A stretch of DNA of 64,000 bases from an uncultured Alphaproteobacteria bacterium (GCA_963831975.1 CAWHSO010000025.1:1576120-1640119); one strand, 5' to 3'; shown: positions 51,276-64,000, counted from the first letter of the stretch. Notes: a model not told the origin generated them from the letters alone. Numbers and translations: made by a program.

Positions 51276-51277
51276 CG

Positions 51278-52439
51278 TTGACGGACCACTCGCCCCATAT
51301 CGGCAAAAAGCCGCGCGTCGCCATCATCGGCGCGGGCGTCGTCGGGCTTGGCATCGCCTGGCGGCTCGCCGGCCGCGCGGCGGTCACGGTGTTCGATCGC
51401 GGCAAGGCCGGATCGGGCGCGAGCCATGCCGCGGCCGGCATGCTGGCGGCTTGCTGCGAAGCCGAGCCCGGCGAGGAGGCGCTGGTCGCGCTCGGCCGCG
51501 ACAGCCAGGCGCGCTGGCCGGGCTTTGCCGAAGAGCTTTTGCGCGCGAGCGGCATTGACGTCGAATTGCGGCGCGAGGGCACGCTGGTGCTCGCCTTGAC
51601 CGCGGACGATCAGGCCGAGATCGCGCATCGGCTGGAGTTTCAGCGGCGGCTCGATCTGCCGCTCGAATGGCTGTCGGCCGCGGCGACACGCGCACGAGAG
51701 AGCCGCATCTGGCCGGAAAAATCGCCGGCGCGCTGTTTTCGCCGCAGGACCATCAGGTCGACAACCGCAAGCTGGTGCGGCGCTGCGCATCGCCGCCGAA
51801 GCGGCCGGCGTGAAAATTCACGAGCATCGGCCGGTCAAGGAAATTCTCGTGCAAGGCGGCCGGGCGACGGGCGTCGTGTTCGAAGACGGCACGACCGAGC
51901 CGCGCCGATATCGTGGTGCTCGCCGCCGGCGCCTGGTCGCGCAGCATCGGCGGATTGCCGCCGGATCGGCGGCCGCCGGTGCGGCCGGTCAAGGGCCAGA
52001 TGCTGGCGCTGCGCATGGATGCCGCGGCGCCGCTGCTCAATCACGTGCTGTGGGCGCCGGGCGCCTATCTGGTGCCGCGCCGCGACGGCCGGCTGATCGT
52101 CGGCGCCACGGTCGAGGAAAAAGGTTTTGACGACACGATCACCGCCGGCGGCGTGATGGCGCTGCTCGATGCCGCGTGGCGCGCGATGCCGGCGGTCGAG
52201 GAATTGCCGATCGAGGAAATCTGGGTCGGCCATCGGCCGGGCAGCCGCGACGATGCGCCGATCCTCGGCCCGGTCCGCTCGATGGCTTGTTTTATGCCAC
52301 CGGCCATCACCGCAACGGCATTTTGCTGGCGCCGGTGACGGCGGACGCGATGGCGCGGCTCATGCTCGACGATGTCGTCGAGCCGGCGATCCGGCCGTTC
52401 GGCCTCGAACGTTTTCTGCCGGCGCGGGCGGCCGAGTAG
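51278..52439 (+). CDS. thiO: Glycine oxidase ThiO, frame-disrupted (at least four shifts)
   Basis: RVAIIGAGVVGLGIAWRLAG (FAD fold) ... VRPVKGQMLAL ... LFYATGHHRNGILLAPVTA. Putative TTG start. Confidence 0.85.
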
Positions 52440-52450
52440 GGGAGCAGGCG

Positions 52451-54447
<1,997 letters not shown>

Positions 54448-54463
54448 TCGCTGCGAAGCAGAG

Positions 54464-55483
54464 TCACTCCAGCATCTCCCGCACCAGCGGCATCACCTTG
54501 GTGCCGTAAAGCTCGATGCTGCGCATCAGCTTGTCGTGGGGCAGGGTGCCGGAGCTGTACTTCATGTCGAAGCGCGCGATGCCGAGCGCCTTTGCGGTCG
54601 CGGCGATCCGGCGCGCCACGGTCTCCGGCGCGCCGACATACAGCGAGCCGCCGTCGGCCTCTTGGTCGAAATGCGCCCGCGTCACCGGCGGCCAGCCGCG
54701 CTCGGCGCCGATGCGGTCGCGCATGCCCTTGTGGTGCGGCCAAAGCTCTTCGCGGGCCTGCGCGTCGGTGTCGGCGACATAGCCGTGGGAATGCAGGCCG
54801 ATGGGTTTTGCGGGGCGGCCGAGCTGCGCATAGGCGCGCTTGTAGAGGTCGATGAAGGGCATGAAACGCCGCGGATCGCCGCCGATAATAGCCAGCATTA
54901 ACGGCAGGTCGTAACGTGCGGCACGGACAACGGATTCCGGGCTGCCGCCGACGCCGATCCAGGTCTTGAGCGGCGGCTTTTCCAGCGGCGGGAAAACTTG
55001 CTGGTTGACGAGCGGCGGCCGCAGCCGGCCTTGCCACGTCACCGGCTCCTGCTTGAGCACGGCCGCGAACAGATCGAGCTTTTCCTCGAACAGCGCCTCG
55101 TATTGCGCGAGATCGAAGCCGAACAGCGGAAACGACTCGGTGAACGAGCCGCGCCCCAACGTCACCTCGGCGCGCCCGTTCGAGGCGGCGTCGACCGTGG
55201 CGAAGCGCTCGAACACGCGAATGGGATCGTCAGACGACAGCACCGTCACCGCCGAACCGAGCAGGATCCGCTTGGTGCGCCCGGCGATGGCCGCGAGCAC
55301 GACCTCGGGCGCCGATATGGCGAAATCCGGACGATGGTGCTCGCCGACGCCGAAGGCATCGATGCCGAGCCGGTCGGCCAGCACCGCTTGCTCGATCACC
55401 TCGCGGATGACCTGGGCGTGGCTGTTGAGTCGGCCATCGGGGCCGACGGTGATATCGCCGAATGTATCGAGCCCGAAGTCCAT
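54464..55483 (-). CDS. LLM-class (luciferase-like) flavin-dependent oxidoreductase
   Basis: Intact 339-aa ORF. MDFGLDTFGD ... LADRLGIDAFGVGEHH ... typical LLM TIM-barrel pattern. Confidence 0.85.
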   Translation of the reverse strand: MDFGLDTFGDITVGPDGRLNSHAQVIREVIEQAVLADRLGIDAFGVGEHHRPDFAISAPEVVLAAIAGRTKRILLGSAVTVLSSDDPIRVFERFATVDAASNGRAEVTLGRGSFTESFPLFGFDLAQYEALFEEKLDLFAAVLKQEPVTWQGRLRPPLVNQQVFPPLEKPPLKTWIGVGGSPESVVRAARYDLPLMLAIIGGDPRRFMPFIDLYKRAYAQLGRPAKPIGLHSHGYVADTDAQAREELWPHHKGMRDRIGAERGWPPVTRAHFDQEADGGSLYVGAPETVARRIAATAKALGIARFDMKYSSGTLPHDKLMRSIELYGTKVMPLVREMLE

Positions 55484-55597
55484 GGGTATGCGTCAACCAG
55501 GATGTTCTTCAAGAAACCAGGATTGTCGCCGAGGCGTTCAACGCAGCGCTGCGGCCGCAACGGGGCCAAATGCCGAATGCGCAAGCGAGACGGCCCC

Positions 55598-55638
55598 GCT
55601 GAAAAGCAAACGAGGCGCCGCCAACAGCAGCGCCTCGT
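55598..55638 (-). terminator. Rho-independent terminator downstream of the lanthipeptide precursor gene
   Basis: On the minus strand: perfect 9-bp stem ACGAGGCGC / GCGCCTCGT followed by TTGCTTTTCA. Confidence 0.7.
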
Positions 55639-55708
55639 GCGCGATGTCGTCAACCCGACCAGTCATCAGAGGCAAGATGATGAAGTCAGGAGCAGTCCGA
55701 TGAGCCGG

Positions 55709-55855
55709 TCAGGCCGGGCAGACGGACAAGCCCGAGCAATAGGCCAGCGTATAGCCGGCCTTCTCGCTGCCGGCCGCGGCCTCCAGGGCCTCGTCGGAGA
55801 CGTCATAGGCGGGAAGCTCTTCAATCTGGTCGAGGCCGATCGTAGCGTCGTTCAT
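55709..55855 (-). CDS. Candidate class II lanthipeptide precursor peptide (48 aa)
   Basis: MNDATIGLDQIEELPAYDVSDEALEAAAGSEKAGYTLAYCSGLSVCPA. Acidic leader and a Cys/Ser/Thr-containing C-terminal core. AAGGA RBS ~9 nt upstream of the ATG. It has its own terminator and is divergent from the LanM gene 194 nt away. Confidence 0.65.
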   Translation of the reverse strand: MNDATIGLDQIEELPAYDVSDEALEAAAGSEKAGYTLAYCSGLSVCPA

Positions 55856-56048
55856 GACATTGATCCTTTTGTTCGCTGGTGGCGTCGGCAAATAGGAGAA
55901 GAAATTGCTGTAACGCCCCCACGCGGAACTCATTTAATCATCGGCTGCGGCTGGTGTAAAGTGTAGGCGGAGATGTCGCAGGCGGTTGATCTATCGAGAT
56001 AAATCGGAAATTTTCGCAATCAATTTTCGCCTGTTGACGGCGAGTTTG

Positions 56049-59000
56049 ATGCACGACGAGAGCAATCGGATGGACGCATTTTACGAGCGGCTCGCGGTTC
56101 GGGCCGCAACGGTGGACGAAGTCCTGTCCGACGATTTCGAGCCGTTGCCCGGGCAGAAGGGCGACGCCGATTTGGCCGGGCGGCGGCTTGCCGCTTGGTG
56201 CCGCGCCTGCGCCAGCGGCGACTGGTCGCTGTTCGGCCGGCGGCTGATCGAGACGGCTTGGCGTTCGCTCAGGTGCTGGCAAGACTAGCCGCCGTCCGCC
56301 GCGTTTCTGCCGCTCTGCCAACATGGGTCGAGGACGCGGTCTGGGTCGAAGCGGCTTTGCAAGACACCTGCGGCGATGCCAAGCGGTCGCCGGCATCCGC
56401 CAATGCCGACCCTTGCGCGTTCGAGCAGCTGTTCACGTCAGTGGTCAAGAGGCCGACACGCGGCTTTGGTCGGGTCTCGATGCGCGCGTCGGCGATAACT
56501 TGAACGAATCCGCTCGCGCGTGTTGCGCTCGGCGTTGCGCAGGAGCTTTCCAGCCTCGGTACGCCGGCGCTCTATGAGCGTTTCGCCAAGGCGCGAAATG
56601 CCGATTCATCGCAACACGATGCCGCGGCTACGGCGCGGATAACGGCAGTCGCGCTACGATCGGTTCATTGCCGAAATGAAAGCTGGCGGTTTTCGGCGGC
56701 TGTTCGAAGACAAACCGGTGCTGTTGCGGTTGTTCGCGACGTCACGCGGCAGTGGATCGATACGTCGCGTGAAATCGTCTTGCGTCTCGATGCCGATCTC
56801 GCGGTGATCCGCCGCGATATCCTCCATTCCGGCGACGCCGGCCGCGTTGCCGAGATTCGAAGGCGATCTTTCCGATCCGCACAACGACGGCCGTTCGGTC
56901 CGGATCGTGAGCTTCGAGGACGGCGCGCGGGTCGTCTACAAGCCAAAGGATTTGCGGCTCGATGCCGCCTGGCACGCGGTGGTCGAGCGCTTGAACGGGT
57001 CGAGCCGCCGATCGAGCTCAAAGCCGCGCGCACGATCGCGCAAGACGGCTACGGCTGGACCGAATTCATCGATCATGCGTCGTGCGCCGATCGCGGAGGG
57101 CTGCGCGCGATTTTTCCGGCGCGCCGGCGGCTGGCTCGCGCTGTTTCACTGTTTCGCCGCAACCGACATGCATCAGGAGAACATGATCGCTGCGGCGATC
57201 ACCCGGTGCCGATCGATCTGGAAATGATTCTGCAAGCCGGCGCCGAAGAGCGCAACGGCGAAGCCCGGAGGATGCCGCCTTTGACGCCGCCACCGAAATC
57301 GTCGACAATTCGGTCACGCTGGTCGGCTTGCTTCCCGCCTATGGGCGCTCTCCCGACAACAACGTCTTTGCCATCGGCGGCATGACCGCGGACTGGATCG
57401 CCAGAACGGAAATCAGTGGGACAAAATAAACTCCGACGCGATGCGGCCGGCGAAATTGAAAGAAGCCGCCAAGACCAACCCCAATCTGCCGCACGTCGCC
57501 GGCCGTAACGCCAAATTCGGCGATCATATCGACGATTTCGTCTCGGGCTTCGAGGACTACGCGAAATTCCTGTTGCGTCATGGCTGTGGCGCAGGGCGGG
57601 CGCTGTTCGACGGCTTTGCCGGCCTTCCCGTCCGCAAGATCATGCGCCCCACCCGGTTCTACTACATGCTGCTCCAGCGCCTGAAAAACCATCGGACCAT
57701 GGACGACGGCGTGTCTGGTCGGCGCAGGCCGATTTCATCGCCAGGCTGGCGGAGTGGGAAAGGATTCCGATCCGGTTTGGCCGCTGCAGCGCGCCGAACG
57801 GTCGCTCTCGTCGCGCTGAACGTGCCGCATTTCGTGTCGCCGAGCGACAGCGACGAGATCCGCGATGCGGCCGGCGTCTCGGTGCGGACCGAGGCGACTT
57901 CGGGCATGGACCGCGCGCGGTCGCGAGTTCGAGAGTTTCGACGAGCAAGACATCGCCTGGCAGATCGAGGTCATCCGGGAGAATACGAATTCGTCCGGTT
58001 TCGCCAAGCCCAAGACGGCGGCGCGCCGGAACGCTCGACAAGAAACTCCACGCCGGTGCCGGTGTCGCGCCGACAAAAGAGATTTTCCTCGCAGAAGCCG
58101 ACAAGATCGCCGCGGAGCTGTCCGGTCGTGCGATCCGCCGCGGACCGGGCGCGGCGTGGATCGGCCTCGATTGGCTGGGCGACGCCGAGGTTTTCCAGCT
58201 CGTGTGCCTGGGTCCGGATCTGTACAACGGCTTTCCGGCATCGGGGTCTTTCTTGCCGCACATGCGGCAGTGACCGGCGCAGGGCTTCGGCCGAGCTTGC
58301 GCCGGGCTGCGCAATCTACGCAAGAATCTGAAAGGCCGGAACGCGGCGCGCATGGCCCGCTCGCTCGGCCTCGGCGGCGCCACCGGACTGGGCTCGATCG
58401 TCTATGCCTTGACGGTGATGGCGAAATACCTCCATGACGAGGACTTGCTCGCGGATGCCCACGGCGGCGGAACTGTTCACCGACGACCTGATTGCGGCGG
58501 ACAAGCAGTTGGACGTCATCGGCGGCAGCGCCGGCGCCATACTCGGCCTGCTTCGGCTTTATCGCGACACCCGATCCGGCGACGTGCTCGGCCGCGCCAC
58601 GAAGTGCGGCGAGCACTTGCTCGGCCAGCCGGCTCGGGCCGAAGGGCCGCCGAAGTTGGGTCGGGCAAGGCTCCGGCCCGCAAGCGCTCAACGGCATGTC
58701 GCACGGCGCGGCCGGCTTTGCCTATGCGCTCGCCTCGTTGGCGGCGGCGACGGGGCGCGAGGAATTTGCGCAGGCCGCGTCGGAATGCATTGCATACGAA
58801 AATTCGAGCTACGACGCGGAGCGCCACAACTGGCCCGATTTGCGCGCCGGCGGCGAGCCGTCGTGGCCGTCTCAGTGGTGTCACGGCGCGCCCGGTATCG
58901 GTCTTGCGCGCATTGCCACGACCAGACTGCGCGGCATGGATGACGCACGCTCTGACAACGGATATCCGCAACGCCGTCGAGGCGTCGAGCGAGGCTGGCC

Positions 59001-59269
59001 CGCCCGCGTCGATACGCTGTGCTGCGGCACGCTCGGCAGCATCGAGTTTTTCTGCGAGGCCGGCGACGCGCTCGGCCGCAACGATCTTCGTGAGCTGCAT
59101 CGCGGCGGCTGACGGCGGTTTTGCAAACCGCAGCCGCAACCGGCGATTACCGATGGAACAGCGGAAAAAGGCAATTCAATTGGGCTTATTCCGCGGCCTT
59201 GCCGGCGTCGGCTACACCCTGTTGCGCCAGAGTCGACGTTCGCTGCCCAACGTCCTGATCTGGGAATAG
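56049..59269 (+). CDS. Class II lanthipeptide synthetase LanM (DUF4135 dehydratase + LanC-like cyclase), ~1073 aa reconstructed, heavily frame-disrupted as assembled
   Basis: Dehydratase motifs GDLSDPHNDGRSVRIVSFEDGARVVYKPKDLRLD, FAATDMHQENMIAA and PVPIDLEMILQ. Cyclase motifs SHGAAGFAYAL, WCHGAPGIGLARI, LCCGTLGSIEFF and GLFRGLAGVGYTLL. About ten frame changes. Confidence 0.85.
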
Positions 59270-59301
59270 CCGAAGCCGGAGCGCGAAGCTTATCGCGAAC
59301 G

Positions 59302-59818
59302 CTATTGCGGCTTCGCCGCGCGCACGATGCGGTGAGCACGGCCTTGAACATATCGAACGATTGGACTGCACCTGACAGCTCGTCGAGGGATCGAGCGCAA
59401 CGTGAATGACGTCGCCCGCGGCCGCCGCTTGCTGCTTGCCGTTGATGTTGAGGTTAATCCCTCGTTCGCGGGAGAGCCGACCAATCCAATGGTCAAACGG
59501 CCGTCGGCGACGATCATCGATTGATTGGGATTGATGTTATAGATGTTCTTGCGCCGGCATGATCGCTCCAACGTGGCCTGAACACTCGTAAGATCGGCCT
59601 GCAGCGAGGTGAGATTCGCGGTTTGATCGGCTATATGCTTCGAGCGTCTGGCTTTCGGTCTGCAGTTGCTGGATCGGCTGCTCGCGCAGCGCGATATCGC
59701 GGGCGGTGAAGTTGCGGCCCCAAAAATAGCCACTGACCATGAAAAACAGGACCAGAACGATGACCAGCAGGGCTGCCAGACGGCTGCGCGGTGCTGGGTC
59801 GTTTTGTCGGATGCTCAC
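59302..59818 (-). CDS. Hypothetical membrane-anchored coiled-coil protein (~170 aa), frame-disrupted; the 3-prime end is uncertain
   Basis: MSIRQNDPAPRSRLAALLVIVLVLFFMVSGYFW (TM), coiled-coil ...QQLQTESQTLEA / IADQTANLTSLQADLTSVQATLE, then beta-rich ...IVADGRLTIGLVGSPANEG. Confidence 0.45.
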
Positions 59819-59853
59819 GGTGACCTCTGCCCGTTCGTAAAGCGCTCACGCGT

Positions 59854-61138
59854 TTACTGTTTCGGCTCGGCTCCGGCATCGGTCCGGACCGGATCCAGCC
59901 GCGGAAAGGCGGCGTAGAGCCGGGACAGGATGGCTTCGACTCGGTCATTCCGAAGGGGCTCGATGCGCCCGGCGTCGCGGTTCGGATGCGAGCGGCGTGC
60001 CGGCGATTGCGCCAACCTTGCCGGCCCGGTCGCTCCGCCGCCGGTTGGCGCCGCGCCGGGCGACGCTTTCGCTCGGGCCCGGCGGCGCTGCCGGCGGCGG
60101 TGCGCGCCGTTTGCCGGCCGGGCTGCGGCGTTGCCGGGGCCCGGCCGGCGTATCGACATTGCCGAGAATGATCGGCAGGCCATCCTTGCCGCTGCCGATG
60201 ATCACGATTTTCGCATTCGGGGATTGCGCGAGCTCCAGCGTGGCCTCGATGCCGCGCCAGCGCAGATACGAATCCGAAATCCCCTGGCTGACGGTGCGCT
60301 GGAAGGCGGCGATGCCGTCGGCCTCGATCTGCTTGCGTTTGGACTCCTCGGCTTCGCGCTCGACGCGGAATTTGTACTCCTGTATCCGTAGAATTGCTCG
60401 GTCTGGCGATTGATGGCGGCAACGATGTCGGGCGGCAATTCGATGCTGAGCACGAGCGTATCGAGAATCTGGATCGAGTTCTGCAGGAAGTCGTTGTAGT
60501 GCTTCGGGTCCGGCTGCTCCATGGCCTCGGGCTGGACCAATTTGTTGAGATTGGCGCCCAGGCTCTTTTGCGCGTTGTCGCGGATTTTCTTCTGAATCGC
60601 CTCGCGCGACGTATAGACCTCTTGGGCCGTGTACTGGGAAATGACCTGACGCGCCTGGCTGCCGATTTCGGGACCGACGACCGATCGCCAGGTATCCCGG
60701 ACCGATGAATTTGTGCAGCACGCCGATGGAGTTGTGCAGCAGTTGATACCGCACGCTGATCTGGGCGGTCACGTTCACGCCGTCCTTGGAAATGGCGTTG
60801 TATGTCTGTGTCGCGGATTGCAGCCGCAGGTCGTAAAGGAACAGCTTGTCCCACGGCCAGATGATGTGGAGACCTTCCTCCCGCAATTCGCGGGGATCGA
60901 GGACCGTGCCGCGCCCGACAAAGCACCAGCAGTAAAGATCGAAGCCGTTGAATCGCTTCCACAGCACGCCGACCTGCCCGCTCGGGACCGTAATCACCAC
61001 GTAAGGCCACAGCACGATGGCGATAGCAGCAGCCACCATCAACATGACGGAAAGGCCCGGCAGATGGCGCCCGATAAAACGCCAGAGCCCGCGCTCGCGG
61101 CGGCGGCGGCTTTTATCGAGGGATTCTCGAATATTGCC
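59854..61138 (-). CDS. SPFH/band-7 (prohibitin-HflK/C-like) membrane protein, frame-disrupted
   Basis: TM LSVMLMVAAAIAIVLWPYVV, then ITVPSGQVGVLWKRF ... LHIIWPWDKLFLYDLRLQS ... AISKDGVNVTAQISVRYQL ... and later RWRGIEATLELAQSPNAKIVIIGSGKDGLPIILG. Confidence 0.75.
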
Positions 61139-61139
61139 A

Positions 61140-62816
61140 TCAGCCGTTCTCCATCGGAACGCTATCATCAGCCCTATTCATCGAACGTTGCTCGACAATA
61201 CGGCCTTCGTCCATGCGGATCCTGCGCGCCGGCACATGGAGCTCGTCGAGATAGCGGTCATCGTGGGTGATGACCACGACGGTGGCGCCGGCTTGCATCA
61301 ATTCGGGCAGCAGTTCGTCGTAGAATTTGCGTCGAAATTCGGGATCTTGTTCGGCCGTCCATTCGTCCAGCAGGAGGATCGGACGTTTCTCGAGCAAACT
61401 GACGATCAGCGCGAGACGTTTGCGCTGGCCGTCGGAAAGATCGAGCGTGCGAAACTCGCCGTTCGATCAGCCCGGTCTTGTCGGCCAAGCGGAATTGCGT
61501 CAGCAGGCGCTCGAATTCGCCCGGCTCCGGTTCGGGAATCCCATAGAGCCGCCGGAAGAGATGATAGTCGGAGAAAATCGTCGAGATCAACGCGCGATAC
61601 TCGTCGCGCGTATCTGTCGTTGACGCGCATGCCGTCGAGCATGATTTCGCCTGAATTCGGCGGAAAAAGCCCGGCGAGCACCCTCATGAATGTCGATTTT
61701 CCCGATCCGTTGCCGCCGGTGATGAAGACCAGCTCGCCGGGCCGCAAGGTGAAGTCTATCGGCCCGATCTTGAAGGCGCTGTCGGAAAATTTGTCGACGT
61801 ATCGGAACACGATATGGCGCATCTCGATCTTGTCGAAACGCTTCGCCACCGTGACGTCTGGCGCCGCTGGGCGGGGCGGCCGTCGTGCTCAGCAATTTTT
61901 CCAACTGGTCGATCCGGTCCGCCGCGGCGTTGGCATTCAGCAGGATCGGAATCGATTGCACCAGGCCAAAGCACGCCCCGACGACGAACAACAGCGCCGT
62001 CGTGGTCTTGGCGATCGACGGACCCCCGAGCGAGTCGCTGAGATGGGGAGCACGAAGACGACGGCGCCGAGCAGGACATACATCGAGATCTGCGACGTCA
62101 CGATCATCCTGAAAGTTTCGGCCTGGGTGCGTATCTTGATGTTGGCGGCGGTTTTCGACACTTCGAAGGCGTCGTCGAACAGATCGGCGCTGCGCGCGCT
62201 GTTGAGCCTCACTTCCTTGAAGCCATCCAGAAAATCGGTCAGCCGGTCGAACAGACGGCGTTCCCAGGCCGCCGACTCCGCTTTTTGCGCGCTCAGGCGG
62301 CGGTTCTTCATATGGAATATCGTCCCGCGCCTGCCGACGATGACGAAAGTCATGACGAAGGCCGTAAACGACAAATACGCCACGTAGAGTCCGACGAAAC
62401 AGATAAGGACGGCGCCCTGCACGGTGAAGCCGAGCATATTGCTGGCTTGCGTCAGGATCGCGGTATCGCTGGTGATCGCAGCGACGATTCGGGCGCGCCC
62501 GATCTTTTCAAGCTCCAGAAGCTCGGAGCGCCTGTATTTGATCCATCAGGCGCAGGCGGAGTTTGTGGATGATGCCCTCGATCTCGGCGGTGGCCGTGAT
62601 GGTGACGTACGCTTGCGTCTTCATGAACAAAAACAGCGCAACCAGAAACAGCGTCGCCGCCCACAGGCCGGGCTTTTCCCCGGCGGTCGCGCTCTGCATG
62701 CCCGCATTGATGGCGGCGAGGATCGAAGCGTTGCTGATGCCTCCCAGGGCGGACATGAACAGCAGCTTCGGCAGCGAGCCGTGCATTTCGCGGCGAACGA
62801 GACGGAGGAAGGACAT
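61140..62816 (-). CDS. Cyclic-peptide-export-type ABC transporter (fused permease/ATPase, YojI/SyrD/PvdE-like), frame-disrupted
   Basis: N-terminal TMD MSFLRLVRREMHGSLPKLLFMSALGGISNASIL.... NBD FTLRPGELVFITGGNGSGKSTF (Walker A), ...LSDGQRKRLALI (signature, recoverable) and ILLLDEWTAEQD (Walker B). No C39 peptidase domain recognised. Confidence 0.8.
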
Positions 62817-62861
62817 GAGTGTGACGTCGTCCGTTTACGCTTCCACAAGACGCCGGCCGGC

Positions 62862-63149
62862 TCAGTGAGGATGCGCTTGCCGGCCCCAGTAAGACTTGCA
62901 CGACGGTCGGCGACGCCATTCGACGCGGCGCGATGGGCCGGTGAGCAGCAGGACGGGCAGTACCACCAACGGCGTGGTGACAAGCGCGAGGCGAAACGTC
63001 CCGAAAAAGCCCATGCGGCGGCTGATGCCGCAAAGTCCGGTGAGAACGCAGAAGACGAGGTAGACGATGGCTTCGAGCATGGGCTCGATCTCGTCGGTCA
63101 GCGGCTGTTGCGCTTCCGCGGTTGGAACCACTCCCCGATTGGCTGGCAT
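62862..63149 (-). CDS. Hypothetical small membrane protein (start at 63149 or 63080)
   Basis: MLEAIVYLVFCVLTGLCGISRRMGFFGTFRLALVTTPLVVLPVLLLTG, two TM helices. Located between the DUF697 and ABC genes on the same strand. Confidence 0.4.
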   Translation of the reverse strand: MPANRGVVPTAEAQQPLTDEIEPMLEAIVYLVFCVLTGLCGISRRMGFFGTFRLALVTTPLVVLPVLLLTGPSRRVEWRRRPSCKSYWGRQAHPH

Positions 63150-63162
63150 ACGCCCGTGCGAG

Positions 63163-63704
63163 TCAAGAGCCGGCGTCGCCCCGACGTGCTGCGCGCCGGC
63201 GCTGCGAACGCTTCGATCGGGAGTCCCACATTTCCTTTTGCGCCTTGACGAACTCGCGATAGTCCGGCGGATTGAAATCGAGCAGCGTGCCGCCCGATTC
63301 AAAGTGCTGAATGAACGCCTTGCCGATGGCATAGGTGGCGCCGGCGGACAGCACCGGCATCACAAAGGCCGACGCGAGCATGCCGAGGATCGGCACGCCT
63401 TGAGCGCGCTGGCGGCGCCCATGCCGCTGGTCGCCGGGATCATCGTGCCGGCGAGGCTGGCGATCAGCGCCTTGCCCCGATTTTCGGAGAACTCCACGTC
63501 GTAGATTTGCGAAATGCGGCGCAGCATCTGAACCTGCAATCCGCCGACTGCGAGCACGTCGAGAACCGGCATCGGGATCAAGTCCGGCGACGCCGGACCA
63601 TATGGCGAAGCGATCGACCAATTTGGAAGCCGTCTCATGGCGCTGCTCGGGCGTCGCCGCCGTGGCTTGGCCGGTCTCGGGACTTCTGTCGATTGCTGTG
63701 CCAT
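63163..63704 (-). CDS. DUF697 (YcjF-like) membrane protein, frame-disrupted
   Basis: KLVDRFAIWSGVAGLIPMPVLDVLAVGGLQVQMLRRISQIYDVEFSENRGKALIASLAGT ... GVPILGMLASAFVMPVLSAGATYAIGKAFIQHFESGG, reconstructed from two frames. Confidence 0.6.
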
Positions 63705-63893
63705 AGCAGATCCTTTCTCGCCACTTCCGCTCGTGCCCGCCACTCGATCGAGCCGATTGCAATTGAATTATGCGCTTGTTCGACGACGGATAATCAACGC
63801 TATCACGGCGGTTGGCCGGTGCCAAGCGCTTGCAATAGCTGTGAGTTTAGCCGCACTTACGACTTACATATCGATGCATCGCGTCGCTATCGT

Positions 63894-64000
63894 TTAAGAG
63901 CGCGATCCCACTTTGGCTGCTTTGTCGGCATCCCACCACCAGACCGTGGGAAACGCGGAGACGCCGTATTTCGGCATCGGGTCGGGATGGCCGAATCGAT
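63894..64000 (-). CDS. 3-prime end of an unidentified gene running off the window
   Basis: Open frame ...RFGHPDPMPKYGVSAFPTVWWWDADKAAKVGSRS-stop. Too short to classify. Confidence 0.3.
   Translation of the reverse strand, partial: RFGHPDPMPKYGVSAFPTVWWWDADKAAKVGSRS

Overview
This is a high-GC (about 65%) alphaproteobacterial chromosome segment. Gene order and the palindromic REP elements look Bradyrhizobiaceae/Nitrobacteraceae-like, but that placement is inference.

The core backbone contains uvrA, three tandem Omp25/31-type porins, ssb, gyrA, trpE, ppiD, tpiA, secG, pyrG, kdsA, and thiO-thiS-thiG behind a TPP riboswitch.

Lower-GC accessory segments interrupt this backbone:
- 1-3006: a TcmP + Gp37/Gp68 (DUF5131) two-gene module. 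It abuts a direct duplication of the uvrA 3-prime end that brackets a two-gene mini-cassette.
- 21.7-27.2 kb: a TIR / P-loop STAND-like NTPase / TM / FGE-sulfatase fusion protein, plus a large orphan secreted protein.
- 35.4-46.0 kb, between tpiA and secG: two paralogous gluconate-2-dehydrogenase-like clusters, a decayed COG3910-type ATPase, and a roughly 1017-aa TIR-TM-TPR protein.
- 55.6-63.7 kb: a class II lanthipeptide locus (48-aa precursor divergent from a roughly 1073-aa LanM). A five-gene membrane operon converges on it: DUF697, a small TM protein, a YojI/SyrD-type peptide-export ABC transporter, an SPFH/prohibitin protein and a TM/coiled-coil protein.

I recognised no rRNA, tRNA, CRISPR array, integrase or transposase.

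About half the genes, including essential ones (gyrA, pyrG, kdsA), carry single-nucleotide frame disruptions as assembled. Coordinates of those genes span reconstructed reading frames. All family calls rest on motif recognition by eye; no database search was possible.
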